Source of the DNA: an uncultured Muribaculaceae bacterium
GTDB taxonomy: Bacteria; Bacteroidota; Bacteroidia; Bacteroidales; Muribaculaceae
Reading direction: 5' to 3'
Length of the DNA stretch: 64,000 nt
Assembly: GCA_910588065.1 (NCBI GenBank)
Contig: CAJUPZ010000013.1
Location: 8,142 to 72,141, forward strand
Both the position numbers and the translations under genes were made by a program. Positions 39,038-48,638 of this stretch are shown here, in pieces. Position 1 is the first letter of the stretch, and every line of letters starts with the position of its first letter. The notes beneath the pieces were generated by a model that did not search any database, was not told the origin of the DNA, and saw nothing but the letters and a program-made list of their open reading frames with translations.

Positions 39038-39502
39038 ATGAAACTCAAACACCTTTTCCTGCTTCTGTTCGCCGCTGTGGCAACAGTATCCTGCAGCGAT
39101 GACGACACCCCTGAAAACCTCGCCGACTCTGTTGCAGGACAGTACACCGGCTACACCACCGCTGCCTGCGCCTATTTTGACGGACAGGTGGCTACAGACC
39201 AGACTGTTGCAATAACCCCGGTGGCCTCGGCTACAAACCAAGTGTCGGTAATCTTCACTTCCGACTCCTACGGCACTGTTACAATTCCTTCAGCAACTGT
39301 AGCCAAGCAGGGCAATGCCTATATGCTTGCCGGTGACGGCACCGCTGCAATGGGTATGGGTGGCAATACCAAGGAGTATGCCTGCACATTCACCGGCAAA
39401 ATTGAAAACGGCGCTCCCGAACTCACCTTCAGCGTACCCACTGTGATGGGCGGCCTGTCAATCGTGTTCAAAACCGGCGACGCGCCCCAAACAGCTGAAT
39501 GA
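39038..39502 (+). CDS. small lipoprotein, lipocalin/calycin-like (first gene of the hmu locus)
   Basis: The start is the internal ATG 39038: MKLKHLFLLLFAAVATVSCSDD lipobox. A beta-rich 154-aa protein whose stop overlaps the hmuY start. Confidence 0.6.
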   Translation: MKLKHLFLLLFAAVATVSCSDDDTPENLADSVAGQYTGYTTAACAYFDGQVATDQTVAITPVASATNQVSVIFTSDSYGTVTIPSATVAKQGNAYMLAGDGTAAMGMGGNTKEYACTFTGKIENGAPELTFSVPTVMGGLSIVFKTGDAPQTAE

Positions 39503-40116
39503 TGGTCAATTTGGTAAAAAGATTGTTTCTCAGTGTGGCCATTGGAGCGGCAGCAATGCTGCTCCACGGCTGCAATGGCCTGTTCAGCAGCGTATATGAT
39601 ACTCCGGATACTGCCATAGCTTCCGAATACGGCTTTGTCACAGCAGCCACCGACAATACTCCCGGCAAGATTTATGTCGATGCCACCGACTACTCCCGGT
39701 GGGTGTACCTCAACTTTTCAGACATGAGCATCGACACCCTCGGCATTGACGATCCGGAGCCAAAAGAGTGGGACATAGCCCTTCACCGCTACGATGCCAA
39801 GACAAATGGCGGCGCGGTGAAAGAGGAGGGCTCGGCCGAATATGTTGAGGATGTGTGGACAACCAACACCATAGTCACCGATATGTCTACCATGATGGAC
39901 GGCTACCTGACGTATGCCGAATCCTATTATAATAAGGTGTTGAGCAGCTGGCTCGATGTCGACAAAAGCACCATGCCGCCTGTATACACCCTCAGCGGCA
40001 AAAAATACTTCGTGGCGCTGGCTGATGGCCGCGAGGTGGAGCTGCGCTTGATAAACTTTATGGATGACAGCGGTGTAAAAGGCTATTTGACAATAGAATA
40101 TCAATACAGAAAATAA
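39499..40116 (+). CDS. hmuY: HmuY-family haem-binding lipoprotein
   Basis: Lipobox LLHGCNG, IYVDATDYSRWVYLNF and WDIALHRYDAKTNGG segments typical of HmuY. Sits immediately upstream of the TonB receptor. Confidence 0.7.
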   Translation: MMVNLVKRLFLSVAIGAAAMLLHGCNGLFSSVYDTPDTAIASEYGFVTAATDNTPGKIYVDATDYSRWVYLNFSDMSIDTLGIDDPEPKEWDIALHRYDAKTNGGAVKEEGSAEYVEDVWTTNTIVTDMSTMMDGYLTYAESYYNKVLSSWLDVDKSTMPPVYTLSGKKYFVALADGREVELRLINFMDDSGVKGYLTIEYQYRK

Positions 40117-40132
40117 TAACAACATACCCAAA

Positions 40133-42061
40133 ATGAGAGGCGCAATAACACTCGCTTTGCTCTGCATGGCTGCGGGTGCCATGAATGCCGACGAACTCTC
40201 CGACCGGCAGCAGGACAGCATCGAAGCCCGCTGGAACACACTGCTCAACACAGTGGTTGTCACAGGCACCAGAACACCTAAATTACTTAAAGACTCTCCC
40301 ATTCTCACACGTGTGCTCTCCTCATCAGACATCAGGCAGGCCGATGCCACAAATATCAGCGACCTGCTGCAGTCGGAGCTCCCGGGAATTGAATTCACCT
40401 ACTCCATGAACCAGCAGGTAAACCTCAATATGCAGGGATTTGGCGGTAATTCGGTGCTCTTTCTCATTGATGGAGAGAGAGTTGCCGGAGAAACCCTTGA
40501 CAACGTGGACTACAACCGGCTAAACCTATCCAATGTGGAGCGCATAGAGATTGTAAAAGGTGGAGCTTCCGCCCTTTACGGTTCCAATGCGGTGGGTGGT
40601 GTTGTGAACATCATCAGCAAGGAGCAGTCACGCCCCTGGAGCCTCAACATCAATGGCCGTTATGGTGCCCACAACTCGCAGCGCTACGGAGCTGTCGCCG
40701 GTTTCAAGGCAGGCATATTCAGCAGCTCGACAACCCTCCAGTACAACCACGAGAACTCTTACAATATGAAGAACAGCGGCGACTTTACCCGCTACTACGG
40801 GGGGTATAACTGGAATATAAAGGAGCGGTTCACCATCGCGCCGATTAAGCAGATGAAAATCATCGGCAGGCTCGGCTACTATTTCCGCCAGCGCAACGCC
40901 CAGGAGAACACCCGCGACCGTTACCGCGGCTTTTCAGGAGGACTCCGTGGAATGTACACTTTCAATAAGTACAATGATCTCGATGTGGCATACAACTTTG
41001 ACCAGTACGACAAAAGCGACTATATTGTACCCACCTCAAAGGATGTTCGCAAGTACAGCAACGCCCAGAACAGTGTGCGTGCCATATACAACCACACTTT
41101 CGGCGGCAAACACATACTCACACTTGGCGGCGATGTGATGCGCGACTATCTGCAGAGCTACCAGTTTGAAAACAACGGCCACAAATCTCAGCTCACCGCC
41201 GACGGCATGGCTCAGCTTGACATGAATTTCACCGACAACCTCAATATTATTGCCGGCGGCCGCTACGACTACTTCTCCGAAGCTGCCATGAAGCATTTCT
41301 CCTCGCGCCTGAGCGTGATGTACAAAATTGACAGTTGGCGGCTGCGCGGGTCATACTCCGGCGGCTTCCGCGCGCCAACCCTCAAGGAGATGTATATGGA
41401 CTTCGACATGGCCGGTATATTCATGATTTACGGTAATCCGGACCTTAAGCCGGAGACCAGCAACAACTTCCAGCTGTCGGCGGAGTTCACCCACAGATTG
41501 CTCAACTTCAATATAGGCGGATTCTGCAACCTTGTTGACAACCGCATCACCACCGCTTGGAATCAGAGCCTCGGCGGCCAGTTCTACAGCAATATCGGCC
41601 GTGTGAACATCGCCGGTATAGATGCCAACGTGGCATGGAAACATTCCTGCGGCTTCGGAGCCAGACTGTCCTACATCTACACCCGCGAGCATGTGCGCAA
41701 AGGCCAGCCGTACACCTCCTCCACAAGGCCGCACACAGCAACCGCCCGCCTTGACTACGGACGCTCTTGGAAGAACTACCGGCTCAATGTTGCTCTCCAC
41801 GGCAGGGTGCTGTCGGCTGTGACGGTGGATGAATACACCTCCCTGACCGACTACAGCGATACAGAGAGGGTGCGCTATCCGGCCTACACAATGTGGCGTC
41901 TCAACATCACCCAGGGTATAATGAGCGGAATAGACCTCACTCTTGCGGTTGACAACCTGTTCAACTATGTGCCGAAATACTACTACAGCAACTCACCCGC
42001 CACTACCGGCACCACACTGTCGGTGGGATTGTCGGTGGATGTCGACAAACTATTCAAGTAA
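40133..42061 (+). CDS. hmuR: TonB-dependent haem receptor
   Basis: Plug domain (VVVTGTRTP..., IERIEIVKGGASALYGSNAVGGVVNII), a 22-strand barrel length, and a C-terminal aromatic residue. Confidence 0.85.
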   Translation: MRGAITLALLCMAAGAMNADELSDRQQDSIEARWNTLLNTVVVTGTRTPKLLKDSPILTRVLSSSDIRQADATNISDLLQSELPGIEFTYSMNQQVNLNMQGFGGNSVLFLIDGERVAGETLDNVDYNRLNLSNVERIEIVKGGASALYGSNAVGGVVNIISKEQSRPWSLNINGRYGAHNSQRYGAVAGFKAGIFSSSTTLQYNHENSYNMKNSGDFTRYYGGYNWNIKERFTIAPIKQMKIIGRLGYYFRQRNAQENTRDRYRGFSGGLRGMYTFNKYNDLDVAYNFDQYDKSDYIVPTSKDVRKYSNAQNSVRAIYNHTFGGKHILTLGGDVMRDYLQSYQFENNGHKSQLTADGMAQLDMNFTDNLNIIAGGRYDYFSEAAMKHFSSRLSVMYKIDSWRLRGSYSGGFRAPTLKEMYMDFDMAGIFMIYGNPDLKPETSNNFQLSAEFTHRLLNFNIGGFCNLVDNRITTAWNQSLGGQFYSNIGRVNIAGIDANVAWKHSCGFGARLSYIYTREHVRKGQPYTSSTRPHTATARLDYGRSWKNYRLNVALHGRVLSAVTVDEYTSLTDYSDTERVRYPAYTMWRLNITQGIMSGIDLTLAVDNLFNYVPKYYYSNSPATTGTTLSVGLSVDVDKLFK

Positions 42062-42067
42062 AAGAGC

Positions 42068-45000
42068 ATGAAACAGAAGAAGATAGTAATCATAGCCATA
42101 GCCGCGGTGGCCGCACTTGCAATTCTGTACGCAGTGTGGCGCATCACCGCATCACCGACAAAAATAGCTTTTGTAAACTATCAGGCTATAACCCTCGGGC
42201 AGATAGGCAAGGCAAACGGCAGCTCATTCGTGAAAGTGAGCGAGCTGCCTGTCGAGGAGATAGAAAAGGCCGGGAAATATGATATGGTGTTTGTCAACGG
42301 CATGGGGCTCCGCATCACCGAGGAGCAGCGCAAGGCTTTATCCGACATAGCTTCGTCAGGCACCCCGGTGCTCACCACTGCCGCCACCAATCCTCAGAAT
42401 CAGATTGTGTCGGTTGACTCTGTCGACGCTGTGTTCCTGCAGCAGTATCTTGCGGGTGGCCGTGCAAATTACCGCAATATGCTCAGCTATGTGCGCAGAT
42501 ATATCGACGGCAAGAAGCTCTTTGCCGATGAGCCGGGCGACCCTGTGGTGCCGGCGGCCTCTCTGATGTACTACCCCGACGGAAACGACGGCCTGAACTT
42601 CAATTCTGTTGCCGCCTACGAGGCCTTTCTGAAAAAGAGCGGAAAGTGGCGCGACAACGCACCACACATCATCCTGACCGGACAGATGGGGGTGGCCGAC
42701 AGCCTTGTGGAAGCTCTTGAGCGCACGGGCAATATGGTGTATCCGGTCAATACCATTCAGCAGTTCATAGCCCGCGGCCATGCCGATTCGGTTGCAGCTA
42801 CAACAATGATAAATATGGCTCATGGCCGCATGGGTGACAATGTTACGGCCTATCTTGAAGAAAACAACATTGTGCTGTTCTCGCCACTGAATGTCAACCG
42901 TATGCACGATGACTGGATGGCCGACAAAATGGGTATGAGCGGCGGCTTCCTGTCGCAGAGCGTCGTCACTCCGGAGATAGACGGAGCGGTGCGTCCGTTC
43001 ACTCTTTTCGCCCACTTCGAGGGGAAGGACGGACTGCCATACGTGGATGTGATACCGGGCAGGCTGGATGAGTTTGTGCAGACAGTCAACAACTACAGCG
43101 CCCTGCGCAACAAGCCCGCAAAGGACAAGAAAATAGCAATATTCTATTTCAAGGGCCCGGGGCAGAACTCGCTTGTGGCCGAGGGGATGGAGGTGGCGCC
43201 GTCGCTGTTCAATATGCTGCGCCGGCTCAAAGCCGAAGGCTACACTGTTGAGAATCTTCCGGCAGATGCCGCAGCCCTTGAACAGCTGATAAACGAAAAC
43301 GGCAGAAACTTCAACTCATACGCCGCCGGTGCGAAAGCAGACTTTGTGAGAACCCACAGCCCAGAGATAGTGGGCAGGGGTGATTATGACAGCTGGTGCG
43401 CCCAGGCAATGCCGGCAGAGATGAGGAGCGAGATTGATGCCGTTGACGGCGAATTTCCAGGCCACGGACTGAGTGACGACAACGGTAATGTGGCGATTGC
43501 CCGGCTGCAGTTCGGCAATATTGTCCTCATACCTCAGCCCTCAGCAGGCCTCGGTGACGATGACTTCAAGATAGTGCATGGTACCGATGCCGCCCCTCCC
43601 CACAGCTATGTGGCGGCCTATCTCTGGGCCCGCTACGGCTTCGGTGCTGATGCACTGATGCACTTCGGCGCCCACGGCTCGCTGGAATTCACTCCGCGCA
43701 AGCAGGTTGCGCTCAGCAGCCGTGACTGGAGCGACCGTCTTGTCGGCAGTGTGCCCCACATATACATCTACTCCACATCAAACGTCGGCGAGGCCATGAT
43801 AGCCAAGCGGCGCACATACGCGGGAATCATCAACTACCTTACCCCGCCGTTCATGGAGAGCAATGTGAGGGGCATATACAAAAACCTTGCAGATGCGATA
43901 GCATCATACAACAAAGCTACCACTCCGGCCGACAGCGCAGCGGCGGCAAAGACAGTGAAGAAATTCACCGTAGAGCTCGGCATTCACCGCGACCTCAGGC
44001 TTGACAGCACAGCCTCGGCCGTCTACTCTCCCGATGAAATACTGCGCATCGAAACCTTTGCCGAGGAGCTCGCCAACGAAAAAATCACCGGTCCGCTATA
44101 TGTACTTGGCACGCCCTATTCACCTGACCGCATACGCAGCACAGTGGAGGCCATGACGATAGACCCCATCGCATACTCACTGCACAAACTGAACAGCGGC
44201 AAAGGCAGCATATCGGCTTACCGGGCCAAAGCGAAGGCACTTGCCGGCAGCAACGCTGCTGTGGATGATGGCGCGATATGCCGCATAGCCGGTATCAGTC
44301 AGGCCGACCTTGACAGTGCCCGTTCGATAGTCTCAGCGATGGAGGGTAGCAAAGATATGCTGTCGCGCATGATGGTTATGGGTGCGATGATGCCGGCCCG
44401 TAAGTCTGCTCCCCTTGCAAAGATATCCGAGCGGCAGGCACCTCGGAAGGGGCATGGTATGCTGCCAGGAATGTCGCCTGACAAAGCCCTCGCCATGGCA
44501 AAGAAGATGGGAGCGAGCGAAGAAGCCATAAAGAAGATGGAGGCGGCGATCAAGCACAAGAGCGGCGGAGCGGCAATGGCTGCGCATGGCGGTATGGCCG
44601 GCATGACCGGCATGACCGGCAGCAGTAAGGAGCTTGGCAAAGAGGAGATTGAATTTGCTATTGCCGTCAGCGAGGTAGAGCGGGCATTGTCAAATATCAC
44701 CAACTACCGCAACGCCCTTGCCGGCAGTTCGGAGAATGAGCTGAACTCAGTGGTGAACGCCCTTGCCGGCGGCTTCATAGCCCCGACATCCGGCGGTGAC
44801 CCGGTTCTCAACCCCGAAATACTGCCTACCGGACGAAATATGTATGCCGTCAACGCCGAGGAGACACCGTCGGCTGTGGCATGGGAGAAAGGCAAGACTC
44901 TGGCCGACAACACCATAGCAATGTATCGCAAGGCTCATGGCGACTCTCTGCCGCGCAAAGTGAGCTATACCCTCTGGAGCAGCGAATTTATTGAGACCGA

Positions 45001-46318
45001 GGGCGCTACCATAGCCCAGGTGCTTTATATGCTCGGAGTGGAGCCGGTGCGCGACCCGTTTGGCAGAGTCACCGACCTGCGTCTGATACCGGGCAGCGAG
45101 CTCGGGCGCAGCCGCATAGACGTAGTGGTGCAGACCTCCGGCCAGCTGCGCGACCTCGCCGCCTCGCGTCTTTTCCTTATAAGCCGGGCAGTGCGCATGG
45201 CCGCCGCTGCGCAGGATGATATCTACCCCAACTATGTAAGCGAGGGGGTTGTTGAATCGGAGCGTGTTCTTGTTGAGAACGGCATATCTCCCGCCGAGGC
45301 CCGCGAGCTGAGCAAGGCGAGAGTGTTTGGCGGCGTGAACGGCAACTACGGCAGCGGCATCCAGGGTATGGTCGAGGCCGGTGACCGCTGGGAGAATGAG
45401 AGCGAGATAGCCGCGACATATCTCAACAACATGGGAGCCACCTACGGCTCCGAGGAGGATTGGGAGATGATGCGCGAGCACGCCTTCGAGGCAGCCCTGA
45501 GCCGCACCGATGTTGTTGTGCAGCCGCGTCAGAGCAACACATGGGGAGCACTCAGCCTCGACCATGTGTATGAATTCATGGGCGGTATGAATCTCGCCGT
45601 GCGCAGCGTCACCGGCAAAGACCCCGATGCTTATCTGAGCGACTACCGCAACCGCAACAATGTGAGGATGCAGGAGGTGAAGGAAGCTATTGGGGTGGAG
45701 AGCCGCACCACCATACTCAACCCCACATATATTAAGGAGAAGATGAAGGGTGGCGCGGGAGATGCCTCCCAGCTTGCCGATGTTGTGCGCAACACCTACG
45801 GATGGAATGTGATGAAGCCTGATGTGATTGACAACGAACTGTGGAATGACATCTATGACACATATATCTCCGACAAGCACAATCTGGGCACCAAGGAGTA
45901 TTTCAAGAATGTCAATCCCGCCGCCATGCAGGAGATTACCGCCGTGATGCTTGAGACAGCACGAAAGGGAATGTGGCAGGCATCGGAGACGCAGCTCGCG
46001 GAGCTGGCAGAGCTCCACACCGATATGGTGGAGGAGTATGGTCCGGCGTGCTCCGGGTTTGTATGCGACAACTCCAAGTTGCGCGACTTCATATCCTCCA
46101 AGGTCAACCCGCAGGCCGCAGATAAGTATCGCGGCGCAGTGGCTCAGGTGAGAGCCGAGGCAATAGGCGGCGATGACGGCATGGTGATGAAGAGAGAGGA
46201 GATGACCTCCACCGATTCCGCCATCAACAAAGTGAGCGGTGTTGCAGTGGGTGTTGCAGTGGTGATAGCGCTTGCTGTCATAGCGCTGATTATCCGCCGC
46301 CGCAAAACTAACAGATAA
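42068..46318 (+). CDS. hmuS: CobN/Mg-chelatase-family protein (HmuS-type)
   Basis: 1416 aa, N-terminal TM, CobN-like core (HFGAHGSLEFTPRK, LPTGRNMYAV), C-terminal TM anchor. Its position after hmuR matches the hmuYRSTUV order. Confidence 0.85.
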   Translation: MKQKKIVIIAIAAVAALAILYAVWRITASPTKIAFVNYQAITLGQIGKANGSSFVKVSELPVEEIEKAGKYDMVFVNGMGLRITEEQRKALSDIASSGTPVLTTAATNPQNQIVSVDSVDAVFLQQYLAGGRANYRNMLSYVRRYIDGKKLFADEPGDPVVPAASLMYYPDGNDGLNFNSVAAYEAFLKKSGKWRDNAPHIILTGQMGVADSLVEALERTGNMVYPVNTIQQFIARGHADSVAATTMINMAHGRMGDNVTAYLEENNIVLFSPLNVNRMHDDWMADKMGMSGGFLSQSVVTPEIDGAVRPFTLFAHFEGKDGLPYVDVIPGRLDEFVQTVNNYSALRNKPAKDKKIAIFYFKGPGQNSLVAEGMEVAPSLFNMLRRLKAEGYTVENLPADAAALEQLINENGRNFNSYAAGAKADFVRTHSPEIVGRGDYDSWCAQAMPAEMRSEIDAVDGEFPGHGLSDDNGNVAIARLQFGNIVLIPQPSAGLGDDDFKIVHGTDAAPPHSYVAAYLWARYGFGADALMHFGAHGSLEFTPRKQVALSSRDWSDRLVGSVPHIYIYSTSNVGEAMIAKRRTYAGIINYLTPPFMESNVRGIYKNLADAIASYNKATTPADSAAAAKTVKKFTVELGIHRDLRLDSTASAVYSPDEILRIETFAEELANEKITGPLYVLGTPYSPDRIRSTVEAMTIDPIAYSLHKLNSGKGSISAYRAKAKALAGSNAAVDDGAICRIAGISQADLDSARSIVSAMEGSKDMLSRMMVMGAMMPARKSAPLAKISERQAPRKGHGMLPGMSPDKALAMAKKMGASEEAIKKMEAAIKHKSGGAAMAAHGGMAGMTGMTGSSKELGKEEIEFAIAVSEVERALSNITNYRNALAGSSENELNSVVNALAGGFIAPTSGGDPVLNPEILPTGRNMYAVNAEETPSAVAWEKGKTLADNTIAMYRKAHGDSLPRKVSYTLWSSEFIETEGATIAQVLYMLGVEPVRDPFGRVTDLRLIPGSELGRSRIDVVVQTSGQLRDLAASRLFLISRAVRMAAAAQDDIYPNYVSEGVVESERVLVENGISPAEARELSKARVFGGVNGNYGSGIQGMVEAGDRWENESEIAATYLNNMGATYGSEEDWEMMREHAFEAALSRTDVVVQPRQSNTWGALSLDHVYEFMGGMNLAVRSVTGKDPDAYLSDYRNRNNVRMQEVKEAIGVESRTTILNPTYIKEKMKGGAGDASQLADVVRNTYGWNVMKPDVIDNELWNDIYDTYISDKHNLGTKEYFKNVNPAAMQEITAVMLETARKGMWQASETQLAELAELHTDMVEEYGPACSGFVCDNSKLRDFISSKVNPQAADKYRGAVAQVRAEAIGGDDGMVMKREEMTSTDSAINKVSGVAVGVAVVIALAVIALIIRRRKTNR

Positions 46319-46328
46319 GCCGGCAATC

Positions 46329-47024
46329 ATGGAAACTGTGGTATTGGTAATAATGATGCTTGTGGCGGTGAGCTTTGTGTTGAAGCTCTCCTGCCACAGC
46401 ATGGCCGGCATTATGGCACTGAGCTTAGTGGCAGCTCTTTTCACCGCCTTCGGGGTGGATTTCGCTTCGCAGCAATCCAAAACACTGATAGCCGACTGGC
46501 TTGCAGACCCGGCTCTGATGCTCGACATCGCAGTGGTGCTCACCATCGATGTGTTTCTGCAGACAGTGTTCTGCATACTGTACGCGCAAAAGGCAACCGA
46601 CCCGCTGAGCCGGCGGCAGGAGATTGCTCTCGGCATAACCGGTTGGGTGCCGGGTCTGCTGATATTTCCGGTGCTGTTGGCTCTGCTTGTGGAGCTGGTG
46701 TTCTCGCTGCCGGGAGTGGATTTCGGATTGATCGGATGGAGCACCGCCGCGTGTGTGGCCATTCTGTTTCCTGCTGCGGCATTGGGAATCAGATATATAC
46801 TTCCGGAGGCAGAACTGCGCGCCGAGCTGATATTTCTCATCAACCTTCTCATAGCTGCGCTCGGGATAGTGGCAACCGTCAACGGGCGCACCGCCGCGGC
46901 AGGTACCAACGAGGTTGAGTTTGGCGCGTGTGTGTGCGTCATCGCCCTGCTTGCGGCCGGCTCATGCACAGGAATCATTCTATACAGATATATGAACAAA
47001 AGGAAAATTTCAAAATTGCTATGA
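46329..47024 (+). CDS. hmuT: integral membrane protein (HmuT position)
   Basis: 231 aa, about 6 TM segments. The symbol is assigned from operon position only. Confidence 0.55.
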   Translation: METVVLVIMMLVAVSFVLKLSCHSMAGIMALSLVAALFTAFGVDFASQQSKTLIADWLADPALMLDIAVVLTIDVFLQTVFCILYAQKATDPLSRRQEIALGITGWVPGLLIFPVLLALLVELVFSLPGVDFGLIGWSTAACVAILFPAAALGIRYILPEAELRAELIFLINLLIAALGIVATVNGRTAAAGTNEVEFGACVCVIALLAAGSCTGIILYRYMNKRKISKLL

Positions 47025-47608
47025 ATACTATTTCAAATATCCTCTATTGGATTTCCACCGGGCTGCTTGTGCCCGTGATTGTGTTGTTGATATTCTTTTT
47101 TGTAAGGGCTATTCTGCTCATAGGCTCCTTTTTCGGGCAATATATGCAGATGAGGAGAAGCACCGCAGTGATGTATAAAAGCATTGAAAACCTCACGCCG
47201 GACACCCTTGCCGATTTCGAGGCAACGCTGCCTGAGAAATGCGACTCGCTTGTTGAGGTATATGCCCGCAAACTCATTGCAGCAGGCAATGATGAGGCTA
47301 AATCCAACCTGCTGCTGTCGGAATACGAGATTGCTGCCGAAAAAAATATCAGCACCTCCAAAACCCTCACCAAAATGGGACCTATCCTCGGCCTGATGGG
47401 CACGCTAATACCGATGGGTCCTGCTCTTGTGGGTCTGGCAACCGGCGACATAGCGTCGATGGCCTACAATATGCAGGTAGCGTTTGCCACAACCGTTGTT
47501 GGTCTGGTTGTCAGCGCCATAGGCTTCGTAACCCAGCAGGCCAAAGAGCGATGGGCGATGAAAAATCTGGCAATCCTTGAATTCATATCTCAAACCGCAG
47601 TGAAATGA
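47021..47608 (+). CDS. hmuU: MotA/TolQ/ExbB proton-channel family protein (HmuU position)
   Basis: The start is the internal ATG 47021 (ATGA overlap). KMGPILGLMGTLIPMGPAL signature of the MotA/TolQ/ExbB family. Confidence 0.7.
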   Translation: MNTISNILYWISTGLLVPVIVLLIFFFVRAILLIGSFFGQYMQMRRSTAVMYKSIENLTPDTLADFEATLPEKCDSLVEVYARKLIAAGNDEAKSNLLLSEYEIAAEKNISTSKTLTKMGPILGLMGTLIPMGPALVGLATGDIASMAYNMQVAFATTVVGLVVSAIGFVTQQAKERWAMKNLAILEFISQTAVK

Positions 47609-47937
47609 AACGCAGACGCAGCAGCATACTCAGACAGCGCGAGGAGACAGACCCCATGAGCGTTGTGAGCAACCTCTTTGATGTGGCGATGGTGTTTGCC
47701 GTCGCCTTGATGGTGGCGCTTGTGAGCCGCTATAACATGACAGAGATGTTTTCGCAGGAGGATTTCACGATGGTGAAAAATCCGGGCAAGGAAAATATGG
47801 AGATAATCACCAAGGAGGGTGAGAAAATCAACCGCTACACCCCATCGGAGGACAACAGTTCATCCGGCAACAAAGGTAAACGGGTTGGAACAGCCTACGA
47901 GCTTGAGAACGGCGACATCATCTATGTGCCGGAATAG
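47605..47937 (+). CDS. hmuV: ExbD-like/DUF2149 small membrane protein (HmuV position)
   Basis: 110 aa with a single N-terminal TM (VSNLFDVAMVFAVALMVALV). ATGA overlap with the upstream gene. Confidence 0.55.
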   Translation: MKRRRSSILRQREETDPMSVVSNLFDVAMVFAVALMVALVSRYNMTEMFSQEDFTMVKNPGKENMEIITKEGEKINRYTPSEDNSSSGNKGKRVGTAYELENGDIIYVPE

Positions 47938-48518
47938 GCATCCCGACGGGAATCATAGCGGGCAATGTGGGCGCACCATGCTGCGCGGGTGATTGGTTGG
48001 CCATTGTGGATATTGCAGGCAGCGTCTGCAAAACGCTCGTCGAATTCGCGGCACAGCCGTGAGAATGAGGGCATTATGTCGCTGCGTTTTGTGCGCCAAC
48101 TATCTGTAATCTGCAGGCACAGCTCGGCCGCAAGTGGCTTTTCAAAGTTGGCAAACTCCACATATACAGGCTCTTCAAGGGCCATTTTCACCAACGGGTC
48201 AGCTTTGATGCGTTCGTCAAGGTTGGCCGGCGGAGTGTCAGGGAGATAGCCGGGGATGGAGGGGGCTTGGGAGTTTTGGGAATTTTGGGCTTTTTGGGCG
48301 GCGCGCTTCTCGGCCTTCTCTCTCCTCTTGGCTTCGCGGGCGTCATAGTCGGCCTTGATTTTGGCGAAGACGTCAGCTGCCTGAGGGTCAGCGATTTCGA
48401 TGATGTAGCCATTGACAATGTAGGCGAGTACGGCATCGAGAACGATGAGTTTGATTGCCTGAGGCAGCGCGAGGGTAGCGATGACCCATTCTGCGCGGAG
48501 TGTGATGTTTTTCTTCAT
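47922..48518 (-). CDS. hypothetical protein with DUF6291-like N-terminus and Lys/Arg/Ala-rich linker
   Basis: The start is set at ATG 48516-48518 (MKKNITL...), 21 nt after a -7 box. The N-terminal LPQAIKLIVLDAVLAYIVNGY... followed by REAKRREKAEKRAAQKAQ resembles phage/plasmid-borne DUF6291 proteins (recall only). The 3' end overlaps the hmuV end by 16 nt. Confidence 0.5.
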   Translation of the reverse strand: MKKNITLRAEWVIATLALPQAIKLIVLDAVLAYIVNGYIIEIADPQAADVFAKIKADYDAREAKRREKAEKRAAQKAQNSQNSQAPSIPGYLPDTPPANLDERIKADPLVKMALEEPVYVEFANFEKPLAAELCLQITDSWRTKRSDIMPSFSRLCREFDERFADAACNIHNGQPITRAAWCAHIARYDSRRDAYSGT

Positions 48519-48539
48519 TGTAGTTTGGGTTTGATGCTG

Positions 48540-48547
48540 CAAAGGTA
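48540..48547 (-). promoter_or_regulatory. -7 promoter box for hypothetical gene 47922-48518
   Basis: Minus strand TACCTTTG, 21 nt before ATG 48518. Confidence 0.55.
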
Positions 48548-48551
48548 ATAT

Positions 48552-48586
48552 GCGGATTGGGCGGATTTATGCGAATTTGCACATTT
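48552..48586. repeat. phased short direct repeats GCGRATTT upstream of the 47922-48518 promoter
   Basis: GCGGATT (48552), GCGGATTT (48561), GCGAATTT (48571) and a degenerate CACATTT (48580), spaced about 9-10 nt apart. Confidence 0.35.
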
Positions 48587-48595
48587 GAGTTGGGA

Positions 48596-48630
48596 GTTTT
48601 TAGTTTTTAGTTTTTAGTTTTTGGTGGGGG
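48596..48630. repeat. heptamer tract (GTTTTTA)3-GTTTTTG-GTGGGGG; left copy of the tcdA-end direct repeat
   Basis: 48610-48630 matches 49473-49493 at 20/21 positions. Confidence 0.8.
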
Positions 48631-48638
48631 TGCTGTGT

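Noticed and set aside
44747-46999. 750-aa minus-strand ORF
   Set aside because: It lies entirely antisense to hmuS and hmuT. Its composition is Ala/Gly/His/Arg-rich with no recognisable motifs. Long antisense ORFs are expected in GC-rich coding DNA.
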